A stretch of 64,000 nt of DNA from the human T2T-CHM13v2.0 reference genome, Homo sapiens. The position numbers were made by a program, and so were the translations under genes. The DNA lies in assembly GCF_009914755.1 (NCBI RefSeq), contig NC_060929.1, one strand, 5' to 3'. Positions 13,261 to 28,875 of the stretch are shown in pieces. Position 1 is the first letter of the stretch. Every line of letters begins with the position of its first letter. The notes under the pieces are model-generated. The model did no database searches. It saw only the letters and a list, made by a program, of their open reading frames with translations, and was not told where the DNA came from.

Positions 13261-13947
13261 GAATTAAAAATCTGTAATGTGGCTTTTGTCATTTACTGAA
13301 AATCTGCATGCAAGAAGTAAGAGAAACTCTAGGCCAGAGGCCGGAGACCACAGTTCAGTCCTTGACAGATCAATTTTACAGTTTCTGTTACATACGAGAG
13401 AACAAGCCAAGCTTCTCATTCCCCTCTCCCAAATGTATTCACAACACCTTCCAGAGGTACACACGTAGATAAACTTCAAAAGATTATTACATTTGAAGGG
13501 ACGTTCAAATATGAATCTGAAAACAAGAAGAGTCACAGTAAATGAGGCAAAATGTATAGCTCAAACCAAACTCAATTATATATTTGCAAAGAAAGTCAGG
13601 TAACGGGAATGAGGAAGAGTTTATAACTTCCAAGATCTGTAAAGAGGTCATGATGGTTGTTCAAGAGAGCAGAATATTAAGGATACTCTGTTAGAACGTG
13701 TGACAAAATTATTTTGATTATGTGGAGCTGCTTTATAATTCATCTGGACACTTGGAATATTCCTGAGCAATACAATTTTACTGACATGTGTTGCCGGACT
13801 TTCTCCACGATCCAACTATAACATACTGTGCTGCTTTGACTAGTGTTTTCATAATTCAATATGTTAAATGTTCATACTACTTTAAATTTATAGAAACTTT
13901 AAAGAACTAAAATCTAATCACTGAGTTTGTCATTAAAAAATATTCCC

Positions 13948-14266
<319 letters not shown>

Positions 14267-14566
14267 TCAGCTTCATGTTTTTATGTGACTGGTGGGCATT
14301 TTGTTATATGTCATCCAGAACTTCATAGATACATTATTTAATTCTTTTTTTCCCCTAATACCAACTCCTATAATTTATTGATCCATTTTCCTTAATGATA
14401 TGAATATTTTAGTGGTGCTGACCTTCAAGACATAGTGGCAACATTAATGCCTTTTCTCTATATTCACAACTGTTATGGATTATCAACCTGTTCAGTTGAC
14501 TCTTAGTTTTAATTCTCTCTCATTTCAATCCTTTCTCCATATTGGTTGTAATGCTCCTAATTCAGG

Positions 14567-14630
14567 CTCCTTTTGTCTCCATCTGGATGATTGTTGTACT
14601 CCTTTTGTCTCCATCTGGATGATTGTTGTA
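14567..14630. repeat. Perfect 32-bp tandem duplication
   Basis: ctccttttgtctccatctggatgattgttgta at 14567-14598 and 14599-14630. Confidence 0.95.
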
Positions 14631-14650
14631 ACCTCCTTAATGGACATTGA

Positions 14651-15007
<357 letters not shown>

Positions 15008-15837
15008 CCAGATTCAAAATTTTAAAATCCTGCCTATGTCTTTCCTGTACTCAAAAATATTAATTTGCTGTCTTGCATTCAAATTCCTTAGCCTGGCCCT
15101 CAAAATTTGTTACCACCTGCTACAAAAGCAGTGTGCCAAGAGGAGGCTTGAGGATGGATCTCAGTCGCCTTAATTCCCCACTTGTTGCTTCAAACTGTCC
15201 AGCCAAACTACGATCAAAGTAAAGCAAGGTGTTTGCAAGGCAAACGCAGCCTCAAATGGAGGTTAGGGCTCGTGCTTTCCTTTCTCGTAGAAAACTCTAG
15301 TACTATCTTTAATCTGTTCCTAAACCAAGGTTTTAGCTATGTGTTTCTATATTCCCCCACTAACACTGTACTTACATGTCAAACTGGTTTGTCACTGTCT
15401 CCTTTTTGAATTTGGTGTACTACCCAAAGTACAATCTCAATTTTTCATTACTACTGAAATGAAAAATTCCTCAGAACTCAACTCAAATTCTACCTTTTCC
15501 ACAGACATTCCCTGATCTCTCTTACCTGATGGGATTACCTCCTTCCAGAAACTATTTCTTCATTTATAAGATTTTGCTATTAATTATTTATTCCTGTGTC
15601 CTGGTCTGTTATTGTTACCTTAAACTGTTGGAAAAAAAAAAGTTTGCATAAGGTTTTCACCTGTTAAATTCTTAACATTTTTACAAGATTGTACAGTTTT
15701 GAGAGTAGGAACTGAGTTTTCATTCTCATTTTCCATGTCTTCAATATAGTGGGAATTCCACAATTCTGTTGAGTAAATGAATGGGGTCATAAGTCATTGT
15801 AAGCAATTGACTTCCATACATCATTGATGATTTAAAT

Positions 15838-15967
15838 CAGTGGTTCCCAAGTCGGGGTGATTTTCCTCCTACAGGACATTTGGCAATGTCTGGAGACCAC
15901 AACTGGCTAGGGTGGGGTGAGAGATTGCCTATTTGCATTTACTGGGTAGAAACTAAGGATGCTGTTA
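15838..15967 (+). mobile_element. MER20 (hAT-Charlie) 5' part
   Basis: cagtggttccca...ggggtgattttcc...ggacatttggcaatgtctggagac...tgggtaga...ggatgctg. Confidence 0.75.
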
Positions 15968-16596
15968 GCAGTGGTTTCTTAAGATGCTACCCTGAACCCA
16001 AGGCTTCAGCAATATTTCCTAAGAAATGCTATTGTGTATCAAGAGGTGGCCAAGGGACCAGATCTTCAAAGCCACCATTCTAGCTTTAACCAGAGAAGCT
16101 CTTTAAAAATCTTAGATATTTAGATCTTGAGTTCCTTTATAGATCTTGATTTAAAAATGTCCGCCATTAAACAAGCCAACAAAAATCATGCCACTACTGA
16201 GAACCAATAAGTTACTACATAAAGTGAACTAGGAAACGCAGAAGACTATAATGGGCAAAGAACGTGTAGAAAAAAAAAATGTTGTTTAGTCAGATTTCAT
16301 AGCTATGTGGAACAGAAGACTTCTTTGACTAAGGAGAAAGGGAATTTTATTGGATAACTCCTGAGTCACTAAGAAATTGAAAGAACTGGTTAACTACACA
16401 ACTTCCAAACCAATGTTCTAAGCACACCAAAAAACATTCTGAGAAGGAAATAGCTGCTCTGTTCCCTAAACACTGGAGGCTAGTTTGCCCTGCAAACTCA
16501 TCTGCTGTAGAAACTCAATGCCAGTGCACCTGAGTATGCATTCAAAGATCTTTTTTTTTTTTTTTTTTTGCTCCAGGAGACTGATGATCTCTCTGG

Positions 16597-16656
16597 GAGA
16601 CAGAGAATGAGAGAGAGAGGGAGACAGAGAAGGGGGGAGAGAGAGAGAGAGAGAGA
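16597..16656. repeat. GA-rich purine tract / (GA)n
   Basis: ggagacagagaatgagagagagagggagacagagaagggggagagagagagagagagaga. Confidence 0.85.
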
Positions 16657-18184
16657 ATACATGTGTCATAGGGAAATAGAGAGAGTGCCTTCCACTTGCG
16701 TCTTTAGCTCCTTACTTGTGGTTGGGTGTGTTACATCTGCTTGAAGGATCTAAAGCCACATGCCTGTATCCCAAGTGAAAGCTGGGAAAACAGATACCTG
16801 GTATTTTCAGCACTTACAGGAGAAATATTTTCTGTCCTTTGCCCAGGCAGTAAAAGGCAGGGGGATTCTTCAAACACAAAAACGGGTAAATATATCAGGC
16901 AGCCTTTCAAAGTGACCACTAAGGAGTATTTTTAAATTCAAAGAAATTACTGTCTACTTTTAACATAAAATTGATTCAAATAAGGCATAGCTAATTTTAA
17001 TATATTCTTTTAAATAAGAACAGCAATATTTGATCAATTATATGGTAATACAAAACCAGTTTCTAAAAAAGGCAGTGAAAGTACAATGATAGGACAACTA
17101 CTCCTTTTATGAATTAATATAAATGAATTATTCAGGGTTTCCTCTTTACATTTACTTTTTTCTTTCCCATGGTAAATTAATCGTATGGGTTCAAACAGCA
17201 CTGAGTTTTCTTAAATGCATATTTTCAGATTTAAAAATGTGTTATTGAATTTGGCCTCTTTTAACAACGATCTATTCTTAAGGCTGTGAAAGATAGAGAC
17301 TATAAAATTGCTTACGATTTCCAGAGTTATTACGTCTAGTAATATTTCTATACCTGGGCTTAGGTGTATCAAAGAAGAAAAAACAAATCACTTTCTTTGT
17401 TTTAAGGTTGTATGGTTGAATAGATCTTGAAGTCATTGAATTTAATAAAGTTTATGAAAATATAAAGGCTCAAGGATACATCTGTGGGGTGGTATGATTT
17501 CAAAGATGTGGTAATTTTTATAAACTAAAGGAAAGTACCCTGCATCTTAAGTGACTCTTTGAGAATATTTTTCCCCAGAGATTATTAATTTTCTGAAATG
17601 GAGAAAATTTCTTTTAGAGTTCACCATTACCAGTGGCAGCTTGAAGAGCAATTCACATTTAAATAGCTGTTTCATAGCATCTCATCCTTTGCCAGCTGCA
17701 CGATCCTGCAAGACTAATGTGCACCCAGCAAAGAAATTGGAATTACAACATCACAACGCTAATGTGCTTTGAATACCATGCCTCTGATATTTTTATTGAG
17801 ATGTCGTCAGTTCTTACATGAGCTAGCTAAAAATATAAGAGGCAATGGTGGAGAATGAAAGCTGCTTCTATTAAAATTTTGGACCAGTCTATGATTACTC
17901 TAAGATGTATTATTTTTTCAATTTTTTCATTATACCCACATTTTATCCTTCAGAATACAGTAAATACCAGTCAATGTTACCCTGCATTAAATGCGTATGA
18001 CCATATTATATTTTAGATGACTTTAACCTCAGTATGTTAGAATCGCAAGAATTTGGTTTCAAATTATAATTGCTCTGTTACTGCCTTAGACATTTTACAA
18101 GAATAACTGCATGTAGAACTTACAATATATCCTAAATGCAATATTTTGGAAAGCACAACTATAATTTATAAATGGAATTTTATT

Positions 18185-18260
18185 TATTGATTGAACCATA
18201 GAAGATTGGCTTGCATAGGTAAAATGTCTAGATATTGAAAATTTCATGTAATTGAACCTA
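18185..18260. mobile_element. MADE2 MITE (decayed)
   Basis: tattgattgaaccatagaagattggc ... aatttcatgtaattgaaccta. Confidence 0.5.
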
Positions 18261-18979
18261 CAGAAATTGAGTTTGTTTCAATATTACTTTACTATCAAGA
18301 TCATTCTTTGCCCTTCCATTTTTCTGAAATTCAATAAAGTTTTGAAACCTTGGGAGAGTATAGTGAATACTTGAAATTGTGCCTTAACAAAGTTAGTGAA
18401 TTCCTTTATAAGTTGTCTTGATGATACTTATCACAAATTAATTAAAGTTTATTTTTTTGAAAATCCCTTTTGATTAAAAAAAATTATTCAGCTTCATTTT
18501 GGTGGTCTAACATTCAGTGAGACCTTTTTTCAGGCATAAATAACCTTACTTTCTGATTGAAGACCTTCATGCACTAATTCTTTTCTCCAAATGTTACTTC
18601 TGTTGTCCTTGCAAATAGATTTTCTCCTGATCCTGCAGTAAACTCTTGCTAATTCCAAACTACTGGGCGTGCTTTTTTGTTTTGGTATTTATACATTGCT
18701 TTATACATTTATGGCACTTCTGTTAAATTTCAGTAGTTTGTATCGTTGCTTTCATTTCAGCGCCTGAATTCTTGAAGAAAAGTCTTGTTTCGCTTGTCTT
18801 TGCATATAATAACATAGAAAATGTCTTTGTTCATAAGTCATTCAAATATTGTTTAAATTAAATTGAATTCTGAAAAATAAATTCTGTTTTTAAAAAAGCC
18901 TAAAAAATAATAATCAAAAGAAAGTGATAGATTGGCCTTAAAATAATTAAATGAATATTGTATATTTTCAGGTACATAA

Positions 18980-19135
18980 ATACATTAATATTATATATAA
19001 TATGTATTTAATACATAGTATATCTCCACAAATGCATATTTGTGTGTATACATACACCTATACATACAGACATATATGTATGTATAGATGTGGTGTGTGT
19101 ATACATATGTATGTAATCATGAAAAATATTTACAT
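18980..19135. repeat. (TA)/(CA)-rich low-complexity tract
   Basis: tgtgtgtatacatacacctatacatacagacatatatgtatgtatag. Confidence 0.7.
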
Positions 19136-19411
19136 AATTGCTTTGTAATATTTTTGTTGAACCTGAATTGCTATTTTGTTACTATAAACACATAAGCTTC
19201 TGAATGTAGTCTTATTAACGATAACAGAAACATAGATTCTGTAGCTTTCCAATCTCTTTCTGCACAATTTAAGTCTTCGCCTCCATCCCCCCATTCATTC
19301 AAAACTTTTTCCCTTCCCTGATTCAGTAGGGAAAGTGGTGGATGCTGTTCATTGACTTGTTCTTCTCCTAACTCTGCTGCTTTGGGGACTTTAAGAGTAC
19401 TTGCAGAGGTA

Positions 19412-19463
19412 CCATTACTTTCAATGGCAAAAACTACAATTAGTTTTGCACCAACCTTATATA
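19412..19463. mobile_element. MADE1 (Hsmar1-derived MITE), partial
   Basis: ccattactttcaatggcaaaaactacaattagttttgcaccaacct = spacer plus one Hsmar1 TIR. Confidence 0.85.
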
Positions 19464-19769
19464 TTGGCTGGGCAGTGCAGTGCACATCATGGGGTCCGTT
19501 TTTGTCTCCTTTAGTAAGCCGTTGAGCAGGCGTCTGTTAGCTCCTTACCATGCTCATTAGATTGTGGAGATTCCAATGAATATTGTTCAAGATTAGCTGA
19601 AATTCTAAATATTGGAATTCCAATGTATATTCTGTTACATCAACTGTTTCTCCAAATTTGTTGATAATTTAGCAGTTTTAAGTGGAGCTGTCTGTAAGTT
19701 CACTCAGTGAACACTAATCAAGTGCTTATGTGCAAGACACTGTAAGTAGTATGTACTTTTTAGATGAAT

Positions 19770-19915
19770 TCTATGAATGAGCTTGTCTATTCCTATAGCT
19801 TCACCTACCACAATCATAGTGATGACTCTTAGATTTGTGTATTTAAGTTGGATCTCTCTCCTGAACTTCAAATCCTCCTACCAAATGCTTTTGGACTATT
19901 CCATTTGAAATTCTA
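19770..19915 (+). mobile_element. L2 fragment, apparently resuming near 22910-23000
   Basis: gcttcacctacca...gatgactct...gatctctctcctgaacttcaaatcc...ttggactattccatttg. Confidence 0.55.
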
Positions 19916-20046
19916 GAAAGGAAGGAAAGAATTCACAGTGGGTGTGTAACTCCTTTCATCTCTAGGTGCAAGAGGTAGTGACAATATTGACTATTTGCTC
20001 TTGTAGAAATGTTCACCGTCAACATTGCTTATTGTTAAAACACTTG

Positions 20047-20386
<340 letters not shown>

Positions 20387-20419
20387 CTAATTTGTCAATG
20401 GAAGTTACTTATGCAGTAT

Positions 20420-20491
20420 ATTCACTCATGAATGACCAAAGCAAAATTTCTTTTATAACATTTTGTTTTGCTTTGGTCGTTCATGAGTGAA

Positions 20492-20505
<14 letters not shown>
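20420..20505. repeat. Interlocked inverted repeats A-B-A'-B'
   Basis: A 20420-20446 pairs with A' 20466-20492 (27 bp, 1 mismatch). B 20447-20462 pairs with B' 20490-20505 (16 bp, perfect). Confidence 0.95.
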
Positions 20506-22636
<2,131 letters not shown>

Positions 22637-23006
22637 TAAGAAACCCTGAACCCAAGCAATGTTCTCTGGACCAGCATGGATCTCATGGACATACTGTCAG
22701 TGCCCTTCTGTTACTCCAATACCAATGCATGCCCATGAAAGAGAATGGCATTAGGGACCTGTGTCTGACAGGCCCTGGGATCCTTCAAAGACGAATATTG
22801 CATTTGTGCCTGGGTTTGCTTATACCCATTGTGAATCATTAGTAAAATTTAGTGTTTGATAGTGTCTACGATTCCTAGGAATCTGCCTTAACAAGTCAAC
22901 CCTTTGTTGTATTTCAAGATGTGTCTTACAAGCATTTAAAAGTTAACATATTTAAAACTGAAACCATCATTTCAGACCTGCAAACATACATCTCAATAAA
23001 TAGCTC

Positions 23007-23485
23007 TGTGTTACTTTCTGGGGCTGCTGTAAAGAAGTTGGCACCTGGGCTGTAATAAACTGGGTGGCTTAAACAGAAATTTATGCTTACAGTTCTGGAT
23101 CCTAGAAGTACTAAATTAAGCTGTAAACAGGGTGTTAGTCTCTAAAGACTCTAGTGTAAAATCAGTTCCATACCTCTCTCTCAGCTTCCAGTGCTGCTGG
23201 CAATCCTTGGTCTTCTTTGACTTGTAGATACATCACTACAATTTCTACCTATATTGTCGCATAGTGTTCTTCCTATCATTATGTCTCTTCTTTTCTCCTA
23301 AGAACACCAGTCATAAGGGATTAAGCACCCAGTCTACTCCAATATAACCTCATGTTAAATTGACTATAGCTGCAAAATCCCTACTTTCAAATAAGGTAAA
23401 CATTTCTCAGGTTGCCTTACATTCACAAGTACCAGGGATTAGAATTTGAATCTATTTTGGGGGGAGGACACAGTTCAAGACATAA
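23007..23485 (-). mobile_element. MLT1C-like MaLR solo LTR
   Basis: aaactgggtggcttaaacagaaatttat...acagttctgga...ggcaatccttgg...aaataaggt...ggacacagttcaa. Confidence 0.8.
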
Positions 23486-23554
23486 TCCTTAAAAATCCTG
23501 TTACTTCTGTTTCTTAATTTTTCTTTAAAGAAGAAGGGGAACATAAAGAGTAAA

Positions 23555-24300
23555 TTATTCATCAATTTACCCACTCATACAACAGGTATTTATTCTGCAT
23601 CTAGTTTATGTTGGGCACTGTTTAAGGCCCTGATGAGAAAGCTGTGATCAAGACAGATCAGGCCTTTGGTCTTTCCAAGCTAATATCCTAACTGTAACAT
23701 CTACAATGAACGTATAGACAGGAGGATTTTTGATAGTGGTAAGTGCTGTGAAAATATAGACCAGGTAAAGGATATAGAATTACTCCATAGGCAGGAGTAA
23801 GACAAGGATGTTCTTGATTAGATAAGGAAAGTGGGGAAGACTTCATTGACAAAGGAATATTGAAACTAATCTTAATGGAGAACGTTCTGGTGAAGGGCCA
23901 TTCTAGGTAAAAGGAAGAGGAGATAAAGATCTTAAAATTAAATATGTGTCTGGTAATGTATAAAATGAAATCTCCTGTGACTAAAGCTTAGTGGTCACAG
24001 CAGGAGTAGAGCCACAAGGTGTCAGACAGGTAGAAGTGGTCACATCATGTAAGCTGTAACAACAAGACTAGATTTTACTCTAATTGCAATGGGACACTAG
24101 AAGGTGGTTTTAAGCAAAGACTTGTATTTATGTTTTAGAAACTCCTCTTGCCTGCTAGGTGAGGAATAAAATCTAGGAAGGCAAGAGTGGAAACAGAAAT
24201 CAGTTTAGAGATTATTTAATCAGTCTAGAAACAGATGATGATGGTTCAGACTAGAGTGGTGAGTTGTAGAAGTGGAGACAGTGAAAAGTGATTGGCTTTG
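23555..24300 (-). mobile_element. L2a 3' region
   Basis: Antisense L2 tail (caacaggtatttatt...ttgggcactg) plus gatagtggtaagtgctgtg, gattttactctaattgcaatggg, gatgatgatggttcagactag. Confidence 0.7.
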
Positions 24301-24344
24301 CCACCATTTATTAATTATCCACTGTGTGCCAGGAACATTACATT

Positions 24345-25009
24345 TGTGATAAGCTAAATAATGAACATCCAAAGATGTCCACACCCTAATGCCTGGATGC
24401 CCAGTCTAATGCCTGGAGCCTTTGAATATGTCATGTAACATGGCAAATGGGACTTGATAGATGTAATTAAATCATAGGCAGTAAAATAAGGAGGCTATCA
24501 GGGGTTATCTACTTGGGCCCAACCCAATCACATGAGTCCTTAAAAGTGGTAAACTTTCTCTGGAAATAATAAAAAAGTTGAGATGAGAAAAGTTGTAGAT
24601 AATCAAAATGACAGAGTGACTTGACTTGCTATTGCTAGAGGAAGGGCTTGTGGAAAGTGTGTGAAGGAATGCAGACAGCTTCTAGGAGCAAAGCATGACC
24701 CCCAAGTGACAGTTAACAAGGAAACAGGGACTTCATTACTACAACTACAGGGAACTAAATTTTACCAACAACCTGAGTGAGCTTGGAAGCAGATTCAGCC
24801 CCAGAACCTCCAGAGACAAATTCCATCACCTTGATTTTGGCCTTGTGAGACTAGCCGAGGATCCTCCTTGGCTACAGTTCACCCAGATGCCTGACTTACC
24901 TGATGCCTGACTTACTACAGTCTACCCAGATGCCAGTGAGATAACAAATGGGTGTTGTTTTATGCCACTGAATTAGTGGTAAATTGCTACAGCAATAATA
25001 GAAAGCTAA
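24345..25009 (+). mobile_element. MLT1E-like MaLR solo LTR
   Basis: ccaaagatgtccacaccctaat...catggcaaatgggac...aacaacctgagtgagcttggaagcagattc...gggtgttgttttatgccact...gcaataatagaaagctaa. Confidence 0.85.
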
Positions 25010-25399
25010 GGCCATTATCCGTATTTCCCATTCCACATGCAATCCATCCAAGCAGTTGGTCCTTTCTATTCCCACTGTGTCATAAATCTTGGGTAATGTG
25101 TTACTTATTTTAGACTTTAATTATTACCATAAATGAATACTGAAATGACTAACTTCAATCTAACCTTATATTCTATCATCTACATTCAATTAGATTGATT
25201 ATCACAAAATGCACATCTGATCAGGGCATTCCTTCTTACTTTGTGTGAATAAATCCTTTCTGCCAATGCAACCAATTCAAGTACCCTTTCCTTCAAAGCA
25301 GATTGAGTCTACCTTCTCAGTGCTTCCATAGCTTCCTATTTAGCATGCTATCTCATCCCCTATTCCTCTATTGATCACTTTCCCTTTTAAAAATTCTTT

Positions 25400-26015
25400 A
25401 CTGTGTTTTTAATTGCAAAAATAATCCATAAAACAAAATAATTCAGGTCATAAAAAGATAAAAAAAGTCTCTTACATCTTTTCCAGCCTCATCTAACCTC
25501 ATATCTAAAAGAAATAACTTTTAATAGTTACTTTTATATATTTTTCTATGTACATGTAAATTAACAGGATGATATCTACAATTTATATTGTACATATAAA
25601 TTGTAGAGGGATATATATATGCATATACATGTGTATATACATACATGCTTGTATATTCTACATGAGTGTAGAACATTAATTTGGTTTGTAATCTTATTTT
25701 TACTAATTTTTACATCAGTCATAGGCTCATTTTGAAATGTCCATAAGTTATGTTATTGGTTAAATGTGTTTTTATTTTATTGAATTATACATCTTTTTAA
25801 GAATTTTAGTATTCCAGATTTTTCTATAATTAACATTCATATACTTATATGTGTTTTAGCACTTGTGAAAATATATTTGTAAAATAAATATGTAAAATAG
25901 TAATCAAGGGGTTTGTCATATTAAATTGCCAAATTGCCTTCCAAAAATACTGTGCCAATTAAAATTCTCATCAACTTTGTGTGAGAACTCCTGTTTCTTC
26001 ACAACTTCAGTAATA
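25400..26015 (-). mobile_element. L1ME-type 3' end relic
   Basis: attgccaaattgccttccaaaaatactgtgccaatt...tgtgagaactcctgtttc. Confidence 0.6.
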
Positions 26016-26019
26016 TGTG

Positions 26020-27580
26020 AACTTGGGATTGGTTTGATATGCAGCAATAGAAAGCTGGAAGAGCAACAGAGATAATCTATCTATGAGGTGTCATGGTAGG
26101 AGTTGTAAACAGATAAAGCAGTGGCAGTGGGGAGATAAACATTCAATAACAATAAAAGAAGAAAGTTTTATAGACTTAACAGGATGCATATGTCTTCAAA
26201 TTCAGAGAAAGATAAATGGCAAACAACAACAGCTTGAGGCACATGAATTGGAAATTTATTACCTTGTAGATAGAAGATAAAAAGATTTAGTGTAGAAGGA
26301 TAGAAAATAAATTATCCATCTGCCTACTGAAAGAATCAATTTTATCTGAGATTTGTTTGGAGAAGCTTATAGAATAGAGTGCTTTCAATGTTACTTTCAT
26401 CCTGTACTTCAGCCAGTCAAAATATTAGTTAATGCTGAGAGATTATAGACGTTTTAAGATTCAGAACATACCATGTGCTCTTAGGAAATTCCTTATGAAA
26501 ATGCTGCAGCAATATGGACTGGAAGTCAGAAGTGGTGGAGGCCCCAGTCCAGGAGAACAGAGAACAAGGGTCCAAGGATGAAGTTGGGCCATGAGTCTGT
26601 AGAGGCTTAAGTCCAGTTCATAATTGTAAGGCAGACTCAGGAATAAAAGTCAGATCTATTACAATAGACAATAATAAGAAATTTATCATATGATTAAGAT
26701 CAATTGCATGAACAAAATATGTGTAACTGGGTACTCCACATAAAAAAGAGGCAAAAAAAAAAAAAAAAAAAAAACAAAAACAAAAACAAAACAAAAGCAT
26801 TTCCCCAATACAAAACAATTTGCTCAGGATCAGATGCTGGTGAGTCAATCACACTGGATTCTCAGCAAGAGACAAAGAAGAGCTGGAAGATATTCGTTAT
26901 AAAATTTTTAAAAAATTTACCTTCAATAAAGGATAGTGACTTCAGCAAAAAAGAAAAAGCAAAAGCAACTCCTAACTGTGGAGAAAGGTGTAATCCAGGT
27001 AGGAAGCAAACTAATATGTTAGCCTGATTGTAAATAATTGGTGGAGTATGCAAAAATTTTTTGAAGATTTTTAGCTTAAACTTGCACAAGACTAAAATGT
27101 TGGAACTAAAGAGAAGAAGATATAATTATAATGTTATAATTAATATAATTACATACTATAAAATTAATTAGTTTAATAATTATAATTAGATACAATTAAA
27201 ATAATTTATATTGTTCTATTGGTTTTAAACTTATACACACAACCTAAGAAAACAGAGTGTGAGGAGACTATGCGACAGAAGAGAATACCAACAATGGTAA
27301 CATAAGAGCAAATTTATTTCCAATAGGATTGGGGAATGACTAAGCAAGCAGAGAGAAAGAAGGGTTACAGAACTGATTTGCTCACCTATCCCATCATCAA
27401 GGGTAGAGTCAAAAAATATTGTCTCCAATTAATGGAATCAAAAGTAGAAGCCTATGCATGTTATTTAAAATTATAGTGGCAACTGGTAGAGAAACAATGG
27501 TATAATTAGGCGGTAGAATACTCTGAGAGTGGCAGAAGTGAAATAAATCCTTGTCTTTAACAGCAGGAAGTTAATAGGTT
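26020..27580 (+). mobile_element. HAL1-like relic, fragmented
   Basis: ccagtcaaaatattagttaatgctgag, ggaaattcctta, ccagtccaggaga...ccaaggatgaagttggg, gggtagagtcaaaaaatattgtc, gttatttaaaattatagtggcaac. Confidence 0.45.
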
Positions 27581-27583
27581 TTA

Positions 27584-27921
27584 CAGGTTGCACATTCCTA
27601 ATCGGGAAATCTGGTCATAAATGCTCCAAAATCTGAAACTTTTTGAGTGCCAACATGATGCCACAAGTGAAGAATTCCACACTGGAACCTGTGTGAGGTG
27701 TGGCAGTCAAAGTGCACACACACAACACAATTTATTCAGTGTCACCAAAGGCAAAATAAATTACCTTCAGTTGATGCATATAAGATGTATGAGAAACATA
27801 GATGAATTTCTTATTCACACTTGAGTCCCATCTCCCAGAAATCTCATAATGTATATGCAAATATTCCAAAATCCCAAACACTTCTGGTCCCAAGCATTTC
27901 AGATATGGAACACTCAACCTG
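27584..27921. mobile_element. Tigger4b (Zombi) DNA transposon
   Basis: TIRs caggttgcacattcc and ggaacactcaacctg. Internal aaatgctccaaaatctgaaactttttgagtgccaacatgatg and cacttctggtcccaagcattt. Confidence 0.88.
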
Positions 27922-28417
27922 TGTATATAGAATCATAAATCAGAATGAGCTAGAGAACCATAGTAGTAGAAAGTTAAAATCTTTAAAATACAAATTGTGC
28001 TAGTAGCAACGAAGAGGAAAACATATTAGCCATAAATTCTTCCTCAGGCTAGTAAAAAATATGTATATGCTTATCTATGTGCATACATCTATAGAAGCAG
28101 GTATATAATAGACTTCATCAGTATCATGCCTACAAAGTCTCACAGGATTAAATTGTCCATCACAGAATATTTTCATATTTATGTCTTTAAGAACTACCTG
28201 TTTATCTTTTACCAATTAAAAAAAAATCATGTAGAATTTCAAAAATCTGAGTTGTTCAATAGCACAGTCTTTGGTCAAAGTTTAAAAAATATAGTAAGGC
28301 TGTTGAAATAATATTTAAAATACAAACTCATGTAGGAACACTATACTATTTTTTAAAATCAACCTGAAAATGGTATCACTTAAATCACAGAATTAAAATG
28401 ATGGATGACAAAATATT

Positions 28418-28490
28418 ACAAGCTGAGCATTTGCATATACATAATGAGATTTCTTGGAGCTGGGACCAAAGTTGAGAGAGAAATTAAAAA
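28418..28490. mobile_element. Tiny internally deleted Tigger4 end, inverted relative to 27584-27921
   Basis: tacaagctgagcat (TIR-like) joined to ttgcatatacataatgagatttcttggagctgggacc. Confidence 0.55.
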
Positions 28491-28677
28491 GGGGAAAAAC
28501 ATATATTTTTTTGTATAGCCATTAAAATAAAGGAAAAATAAAAACTATTTAAAAAAACATCAATGTGGGCAGGCTGCTCCCTTCAGAGCATCAGGGCACT
28601 CCTATCTCCTCTATGTCTGCCTCTGTCCTGGCCCCTCCTATCTGCACTAAACTGACCTCTCTCTCTGGTTATGCCAG

Positions 28678-28875
28678 CAGCTGTGGTAGCAGAAAATTTC
28701 ACAAGTAATATCCTCACATTAAAGAAGTGTGCTACTTTGGTTTTCCGCCACATATGCCTTCAGCTAGAAGATGGCCTTAGGGGAACACATGTGGATACGT
28801 GAGGAGAGAAAGGAGAGACTGTTCAGCTGGCCAGAGCATTTGAGCAAATGCGGACAGTCAATACAGCAGCAGATG
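28678..28875. promoter_or_regulatory. Candidate bHLH (E-box) enhancer
   Basis: Eight CANNTG sites in 198 bp of GC-elevated sequence that I do not recognise as a repeat. Function is inferred only. Confidence 0.3.

Noticed and set aside
27115-27210. AT-only quasi-palindromic stretch
   Set aside because: Low complexity, so self-complementarity is expected from composition.
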